From NCBI GenBank assembly GCA_002763075.1, contig PFDB01000002.1, positions 128,286-189,970 on the forward strand: DNA of 61,685 nt, written 5' to 3'. The stretch comes from Candidatus Pacearchaeota archaeon CG10_big_fil_rev_8_21_14_0_10_34_76 (lineage in GTDB: Archaea > Nanobdellota > Nanobdellia > Pacearchaeales > GW2011-AR1). Positions 38,544-43,988 of this stretch are shown one piece after another. The translations under genes and the position numbers were made by a program. Under the pieces are notes generated by a model. It worked only from the letters and a program-made list of their open reading frames with translations, did no database searches and was not told the origin of the DNA. The first letter of the stretch is position 1. Every line of letters starts with the position of its first letter.

Positions 38544-38798
38544 TTATTTTTGTCTGTAAAATTGAATAGGGTATACTTCTGAAGGAGTTCCCGTGACATC
38601 TTTGCTAATTTTGTATCCTATTACATATGCAACTGCTTCTTGGGGCACGTTTCTTTTTCCTTCAACCGAAAGTTCCCTTCCATCGATTCCTCCATCAATT
38701 TCAATTGCCCAAGTTGGTTTTCCCAAGGCTATTAAATCTGGCCTTTTTGGTATGTCTTCGTCCACTAATCCTTCAAGATTATTAGTCCATTTACTCAT
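38544..38798 (-). CDS. Hypothetical protein
   Basis: 84 aa; preceded by repeat copy B. Confidence 0.65.
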   Translation of the reverse strand: MSKWTNNLEGLVDEDIPKRPDLIALGKPTWAIEIDGGIDGRELSVEGKRNVPQEAVAYVIGYKISKDVTGTPSEVYPIQFYRQK

Positions 38799-38819
38799 TT
38801 TATTATCTTGGTTTTGAAG

Positions 38820-38890
38820 TTTTTAAATTTATCTTAATCCGAACTTATCTGTTATGTTGGAAGTTTTAGGCGTAAGCTAAAGGTTTTAGC
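38820..38890. repeat. 71-bp intergenic repeat, copy B
   Basis: 66/71 identical to 38036-38106. Confidence 0.92.
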
Positions 38891-38894
38891 TAGA

Positions 38895-39056
38895 CTAGAT
38901 TGGTGAGAAATCAACATAAGTTCCTAGGAGTTGTAGAATTCCGAAAATTACTAGGTATAGTCCTACTGCCCATCTTAAGAGCTTTGGAAATATGAGAATT
39001 ACTATTCCAAGGATTATTGCTAGAATTGCTGAGATTGTTAATGAGATTGTAGCCAT
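38895..39056 (-). CDS. Small membrane protein, DUF3096-like (53 aa, not in the ORF track)
   Basis: MATISLTISAILAIILGIVILIFPKLLRWAVGLYLVIFGILQLLGTYVDFSPI. Confidence 0.75.
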   Translation of the reverse strand: MATISLTISAILAIILGIVILIFPKLLRWAVGLYLVIFGILQLLGTYVDFSPI

Positions 39057-39114
39057 GTTTTATTTAGGTGTTTGAAGTTAATAAATCTTGTTAGTGTAAG
39101 TGAAGATGCTATGA

Positions 39115-39405
39115 CTAATGAGAATTAGATCTGTCTGTGAGGAAGTAAGAGGCTATTAGCATTAAAAGAAGGCTAAAAATTGTTATGAAAAATGAGGTGA
39201 GGAAACTTAATGTTGCGGTACCTTGAACATTTATGAATCTTATTACAAAAGACTCTACAACGTCAAAGATAGTTTGTCTCCATGTGAATGCGATTGTGAA
39301 TCCAAGAGCCACTATGATTAATAGACGCAACTGCCTACGGAATTCTTTCTTGAAGTTTTCTCCTCCAATGAAGAATGATTTTGCTTTCTTTTTTATTATT
39401 TTCAT
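39115..39405 (-). CDS. DUF5654-like two-TM protein
   Basis: ALGFTIAFTW motif; resembles the upstream gene. Confidence 0.65.
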   Translation of the reverse strand: MKIIKKKAKSFFIGGENFKKEFRRQLRLLIIVALGFTIAFTWRQTIFDVVESFVIRFINVQGTATLSFLTSFFITIFSLLLMLIASYFLTDRSNSH

Positions 39406-39776
39406 TTTTTCCCTGGTTTATCTGGTGTTTTTGCCCATTTAGAAATAAACATGATACCTATGACGGATATTGCTGTGACTATTATTGCTGTATAAAGATC
39501 TGCAAGATAAGGATATTTTTCTAAAAGCTCACTTGTTTTATGGAAATTTTTGGCTAATTTTGTTATGAGATCTTTCCAAGAAAGCGCTATTATGAAACCA
39601 AACCCTGCCATTATTGCTGTTGATGTGTGCTTTTTGAATTCGGATCCAAATGCAGATCCTCCTTGGAGAACTCTTTTTCTGAGTTTAATTTTTTCTTTTT
39701 GAACTTGTTGTTCAACCTGCTTTTCTACCTCTTTTTTTAGCTCGTCCTGCTGTTTTTTTGTTAAATCTGATGACAT
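39402..39776 (-). CDS. DUF5654-like two-TM protein
   Basis: AGFGFIIALSWKD...YTAIIVT. Confidence 0.7.
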   Translation of the reverse strand: MSSDLTKKQQDELKKEVEKQVEQQVQKEKIKLRKRVLQGGSAFGSEFKKHTSTAIMAGFGFIIALSWKDLITKLAKNFHKTSELLEKYPYLADLYTAIIVTAISVIGIMFISKWAKTPDKPGKK

Positions 39777-39899
39777 TAGTGTTAAGAGATATGAACATTT
39801 TTAATGCTTTCGTAAATATCTTGTGTTTTTTTGATGTTGTGTTGCGTACCGAGAGAAAATTGAATTAAATAAAAAAAATAAAGTTTGTTTTTGTTGGAA

Positions 39900-40046
39900 T
39901 TATTTACCAGTGAAAGCTCCAATTCCGCCTATGAAAGCTAGAATTCCGCCAATTGCTGGAAGAAAGTAGTCGAATCCCCAGAATTGTCCGATGAAAGCTA
40001 CAACTCCACCGATCAGAGCCAACCAGCTTTGCCAATTACCTGCCAT
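39900..40046 (-). CDS. 48-aa Gly-rich two-helix membrane peptide (not in the ORF track)
   Basis: MAGNWQSWLALIGGVVAFIGQFWGFDYFLPAIGGILAFIGGIGAFTGK; strong SD GGAGGTG at 40052-40058; T-rich tract downstream. Confidence 0.8.
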   Translation of the reverse strand: MAGNWQSWLALIGGVVAFIGQFWGFDYFLPAIGGILAFIGGIGAFTGK

Positions 40047-40294
40047 TTATACACCTCCTTTCAAATGGGTTGAATTATCCATTTTATAGAAATTGATGGG
40101 AAAAGTTGTTTAAATATGTTTCTTTTTTCTTGACGATTTTGAGAAACTGCTATTTCTTTTAATCCTTAAAAAAGAAAGAATTAATGAAAAAAATTAGGTT
40201 TTTCGGGCGCAATCGGCGCTTCGCGCCTCAATTTATTGAGGTAATTTTTTCTTGATAGGGGGGGACTTATTTTTAAGTATCTGGAGAGTTTTCA

Positions 40295-40443
40295 AGGGTG
40301 TTTTTGGGTGTTTAAGTGGTGTTTAAGTGGTGTTTAAGTGTGTTTTTTTAATTACCCTCGCTGTTTAGGGGTGTTTAAACAGCTGTTTAAAATAAATCCT
40401 AGGGTGTTTTTGGGTGTTTAAGTGGTGTTTAAGTGTGTTTTTT
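40295..40443. repeat. Helically phased TGTTT / GGTGTTTAAGT iteron-like array
   Basis: Five GGTGTTTAAGT 11-mers in two duplicated blocks; 12 TGTTT cores at about 10.5-bp spacing; central palindrome TTTAAACAGCTGTTTAAA. Confidence 0.92.
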
Positions 40444-40501
40444 ACTACTTTTTTAGGTAAAATTACGAAAGATTTATATACGATAAATCATAGAAATCTA
40501 T

Positions 40502-41140
40502 ATGTTTTGGATATTTAATGGTAAAAAAAGAGTAGAAAATCTTGAAGAAAATACTAAGAGGGGTTTTGAAGAAGTAAAAAAAGATTTTGAAGGTGTTGGT
40601 AAATGGATTAAACACCTAGACAACAGAGATAAACAGCTGTTTGATATTATTCGAGAGATAAAATCAGAATTGTCCTCGATTAATGATGAGGTTGATGGTT
40701 TGAGAGAAGCTCTTTCTTTAATGAATTTTGCCTCTGAGGGCAAACAGCTGTCCAAAAAACAAACAGGTGTTGGTAAACAGATGCCTGTTTATAGTGTTCA
40801 AGAACCTGTCCAAACACCTGTCCAAACAGGCAATTTTCACCAAATTTTGCAGAATTTGAGTGCGAACGAAAGATTGATAGTTCTTACACTTTTGAATGCG
40901 GAAGGAGATATGAAGTTAAGTTATGAGGATATTGCTAAGCTACTCGGAAAAGAGAGATCTACGATTAGAGGGCAAATAAACTCAATAAAACAGAAAAGTG
41001 AGAGTTTAGTATATGAATTAACCGAACCTAATGGGAAGAAAAGAGTGTATATCCCTGAAGAAATTAAAGAAAAACTGCTGAAATACGCGAAAGTGAGAGT
41101 TGGCAATGATAAAAAATCTGAAAAAAAGAGGAAAAAGTGA
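40502..41140 (+). CDS. Coiled-coil + Q/T-rich linker + C-terminal winged-helix protein
   Basis: Heptad-rich N-terminus; LSANERLIVLTLL...LSYEDIAKLLGKERSTIRGQINSIKQK HTH followed by a beta wing (PNGKKRVYI). Confidence 0.8.
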   Translation: MFWIFNGKKRVENLEENTKRGFEEVKKDFEGVGKWIKHLDNRDKQLFDIIREIKSELSSINDEVDGLREALSLMNFASEGKQLSKKQTGVGKQMPVYSVQEPVQTPVQTGNFHQILQNLSANERLIVLTLLNAEGDMKLSYEDIAKLLGKERSTIRGQINSIKQKSESLVYELTEPNGKKRVYIPEEIKEKLLKYAKVRVGNDKKSEKKRKK

Positions 41141-41296
41141 GAGAAAAATGAGAATTTATGGAAAATCTGTAAAAGTGAGTGCTTGGAAGTATGAAAAATT
41201 AGAATTTTTTGATGGAAAAGTGAGTGATATTTTTTATTTTTTGGAAGGAATTGAAAAGTGAGCATAATCATTGTGCAAAAAAATTAAAAAAGTGAG
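40994..41296 (+). repeat. Same-strand (A)AAAGTGAG array
   Basis: AAAAGTGAG at 40994, 41133, 41171, 41216, 41254 and 41288; AAAGTGAG at 41090. Confidence 0.8.
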
Positions 41297-41434
41297 GAAA
41301 AATTGCCTGTTTGGCGTGCAATTTTTCTGATTAGGTGGGCTGAAATAGCCAAAACCGAGCCCTTTGGGGCTTGAGGGGGCTAAATTTGGATTTAGTGTGA
41401 ACCTTATAATTTATTCGGTATAGCGGATAGTCCA

Positions 41435-42181
41435 TTAGAGTGTTCTGAGTTGGTGGATTGTTTCAAGGGTGACTATTTTTCTGAGATCTTTTGAAATTGA
41501 AAGGGTTATCCTTTTGTTGTTTTCCTTAAGTTTATCGACGGGAATGCCTTTTTTAATGAGTCTTAGAACATAATCTCTGATAGAACTTTCTGTTAATTTG
41601 AGTTTTTCTGAGAGAATTGAATAATCGACGATGAATCCTTGTTCTTCTAGTTCGTATATTGTGCTAAATACTTGCATTTCTTGCGAGGTTAATCTTTTGA
41701 ATTTAAAACGAACTTCTTTCTTTAATTCGTCGAGGGATCCTAGAAGTTCTGATGCTCTGTGTATTTGGGTTAAAATGTGGGGTTTTTCTATGTTTTTTGA
41801 GGTTTTTAATGTATTCTCTTGTATTTCTGGCAGTTTTATGTGTAGTTCTGATGTGTTCAATGGTAGATTTTGAGGATTTTTCTCTGTTTTCCAGTGGAAA
41901 TAGGGGGGTTGTCTGTCTGTCTGTTGGTCTGTCTGTCTGTCTGTCGAAACCCCTTCATTTCCAGTGGAGATTGTTGAAATTTGGCTTTTTACGGCTTCTA
42001 GAGACAAATTATGTGTTGGAGTGTCTGTCTTATGTCTGTTGTCTGTCTGTTTCTTTAGTATTTCTGTCTGAATTTCATTTAATTCTTGTATAGTTCGTTT
42101 TAATTCTTGAAGTTCATAGTATAAGAAATCTATATCTTGTCTTGCATTAGCGAAGGCTTCCTTTATTTTGTCTTCCTGCAT
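41435..42181 (-). CDS. Coiled-coil + Q/T/D-rich linker + C-terminal winged-helix protein
   Basis: Heptad-rich N-terminus; LTSQEMQVFSTIY...VDYSILSEKLKLTESSIRDYVLRLIKKG HTH with wing (ENNKRITLSI). Confidence 0.8.
   Translation of the reverse strand: MQEDKIKEAFANARQDIDFLYYELQELKRTIQELNEIQTEILKKQTDNRHKTDTPTHNLSLEAVKSQISTISTGNEGVSTDRQTDQQTDRQPPYFHWKTEKNPQNLPLNTSELHIKLPEIQENTLKTSKNIEKPHILTQIHRASELLGSLDELKKEVRFKFKRLTSQEMQVFSTIYELEEQGFIVDYSILSEKLKLTESSIRDYVLRLIKKGIPVDKLKENNKRITLSISKDLRKIVTLETIHQLRTL
41889..41969. promoter_or_regulatory. Inverted pair of ORB-like boxes flanking a (GTCT)n tract, inside a CDS
   Basis: TTCCAGTGGAAATAGGGGGG (+, 41889-41908) and CTCCACTGGAAATGAAGGGGTT (-, 41948-41969) match the ORBs upstream of cdc6. 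Confidence 0.75.
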
Positions 42182-42264
42182 GGTTTTTTTACTCTTGGAG
42201 AGAATTTAAGGATTTGTGTTCAGAAGAAGTTTATATATATTAAAGATTTTTATATTGCAGAGAA

Positions 42265-42702
42265 ATGGTGACTTTTCGGGGTGTTGAAGCCTTAGATCCT
42301 GATTGTGGTAATGTCTTTATTTATAGGTTTAATGGACATCCCAATTTAAACATGGCTACATCATACAAGGGGTTACTAATTGAATCTTCTGTTTCTCCTA
42401 AAGATATAGCTGTGAATCTAATTCGGTTAGACTGTTGTTTTCCTAATGGGTTTAAGTCTCCTATGGACCGACTTGTCAATGGACCTCCAGATGGGTTAAG
42501 AGCTGATTCTTTTGATGAAATTTTTGATGAGATTGATAGAGATTCAGAATTTTATACGCCTGTCGGTAGGCATTCATTTACACCTATTCCAAAAGAAGAC
42601 TGGGAGACTCTCATCGAAAGGGTTGAATCTGAAAGATATAAAGAGTGGCTTATTAAAAAATTGGGCCCTAGGGGATTTTATTGTGAATTTTCGTTAGGAT
42701 GA
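42265..42702 (+). CDS. Hypothetical protein
   Basis: 145 aa; TATA box upstream. Confidence 0.6.
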   Translation: MVTFRGVEALDPDCGNVFIYRFNGHPNLNMATSYKGLLIESSVSPKDIAVNLIRLDCCFPNGFKSPMDRLVNGPPDGLRADSFDEIFDEIDRDSEFYTPVGRHSFTPIPKEDWETLIERVESERYKEWLIKKLGPRGFYCEFSLG

Positions 42703-42965
42703 TATTTTTTGAAGACGTCGTAGGCCTCATTTGAAAGTCTCCAGCGTTCTCTTCTAATATAATCTAATCCAGAAGAAGACTTCTTTATTTTAACTATAAG
42801 CTTGTTTTTTTCTAAGTCTTTGAGAAGGGCCTTTGTGAATTCTTCATCGCGAATGATTTGTTCTGCGATTTTTGAGGTGAAGTTAGATTCTGGAGATATG
42901 GAAAATAGGTAGTGTAGGATTTGTTCTGAGATTTTGTCTCTTTTAATTTTAGATATTGGAGGCAT
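42678..42965 (-). CDS. Small winged-helix DNA-binding protein
   Basis: EQILHYL...FTSKIAEQIIRDEEFTKALLKDLEKNKLIVKI...RWRL pattern. Confidence 0.7.
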   Translation of the reverse strand: MPPISKIKRDKISEQILHYLFSISPESNFTSKIAEQIIRDEEFTKALLKDLEKNKLIVKIKKSSSGLDYIRRERWRLSNEAYDVFKKYHPNENSQ

Positions 42966-43003
42966 TAAAATAATTGTACTGAGAAGTATTAAAGTTATTC
43001 GGT

Positions 43004-43294
43004 TTAGTAGTTAGGGTTGTGGGTGCCTGGGCCTACGTAAACTGCTAGATCTGCTGCAGTTATTGTGCATGCTCTTTCAATAGCTTCGAAGGTTGGGCGG
43101 GCTGCACGGTCAAGGTCTGTTTCTCTTTCCATTTCTTTTCTGTATTCCTGTGCTTCTGGGCTGTTTGGATTTTCTCTTATATATTTAGATTTTGCAAGTG
43201 CTTTACTAACTAACTGTGCGAGATTGGAGTCATAGCTTCTTTTACGATTTGGATCTCTTTTGTGTGTGGGTGGTAACATTGGATTATAATTCAT
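43004..43294 (-). CDS. Hypothetical protein
   Basis: 96 aa with its own TATA-like box. Confidence 0.55.
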   Translation of the reverse strand: MNYNPMLPPTHKRDPNRKRSYDSNLAQLVSKALAKSKYIRENPNSPEAQEYRKEMERETDLDRAARPTFEAIERACTITAADLAVYVGPGTHNPNY

Positions 43295-43353
43295 TAGTTA
43301 AAAAATAATCTGGAAGTTAATATAATTATCGATAGATATAAATAAATTTGATT

Positions 43354-43644
43354 ATGAAAACATATATGGAAACATCTTTTGGAAGTTTAGAGCCCCTGCT
43401 TGAGCACGAAGGAAAGCTTGTTGCTGAACTGGCTACTTTTCATAAAGAAGGAAGAAGCCATACTCATGATGATTGGGAAATTTGTTATGTTATCAAGGGG
43501 GAAGGAATAATTATTTCTGGAGAAAATAAACATGGAGTGAAGGAAGGAAGTGTTGTACTTATTCCGCCTAAAACTGGACATTGGATGATCCAATCTGGAG
43601 ATAAAGAACTTAAGATTTTGTTGGTTTATTCTAAAAATAGATGA
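43354..43644 (+). CDS. Cupin domain protein
   Basis: HTHDDWEICYVIKGEG...G..VLIPPKTGHW. Confidence 0.88.
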   Translation: MKTYMETSFGSLEPLLEHEGKLVAELATFHKEGRSHTHDDWEICYVIKGEGIIISGENKHGVKEGSVVLIPPKTGHWMIQSGDKELKILLVYSKNR

Positions 43645-43681
43645 GCGGAAGCTTTAAATGTTTAATTTTTCTTAAATTTTG

Positions 43682-43960
43682 ATGGATCCTCTTAAAAGAA
43701 CCTTTGGATATGAAGCATCTAATGAGCTTTATTTTGTGAAAGAAAGAGTTGATTTAGATAGACAGCGGAAAAGATTGTCTAAGAATATGGGAGTTGCTGC
43801 TGGAGTTTTAGTTGGGGGGCTTGTTTTAGGCCGAGTGATGGGAGTATATGATATTTACATTTCTGGAGAGTTTCCTAATGGAGGCATTGTCATAGAATGG
43901 GATCAGGATGGAAAAAGAGATTTTTTAGATAAATTAGATAAAAAACCATTTGAACGATAA
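43682..43960 (+). CDS. Hypothetical membrane-anchored protein
   Basis: One Gly-rich TM segment. Confidence 0.55.
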   Translation: MDPLKRTFGYEASNELYFVKERVDLDRQRKRLSKNMGVAAGVLVGGLVLGRVMGVYDIYISGEFPNGGIVIEWDQDGKRDFLDKLDKKPFER

Positions 43961-43988
43961 TTCTTTAAACTCGTAATTCTGAGAAATA

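Noticed and set aside
30478-39100. A canonical dif site for XerA
   Set aside because: No 11-6-11 inverted-arm site was found by eye. Only the TTATGTT half-similarity in the 71-bp repeat was seen, and it is reported as a hypothesis.
40206-40228. GC-rich hairpin GGCGCTTCGCGCC as a separate RNA gene
   Set aside because: It has only a 5-bp stem and a single occurrence, which is too little to call. It may belong to the adjacent repeat locus.
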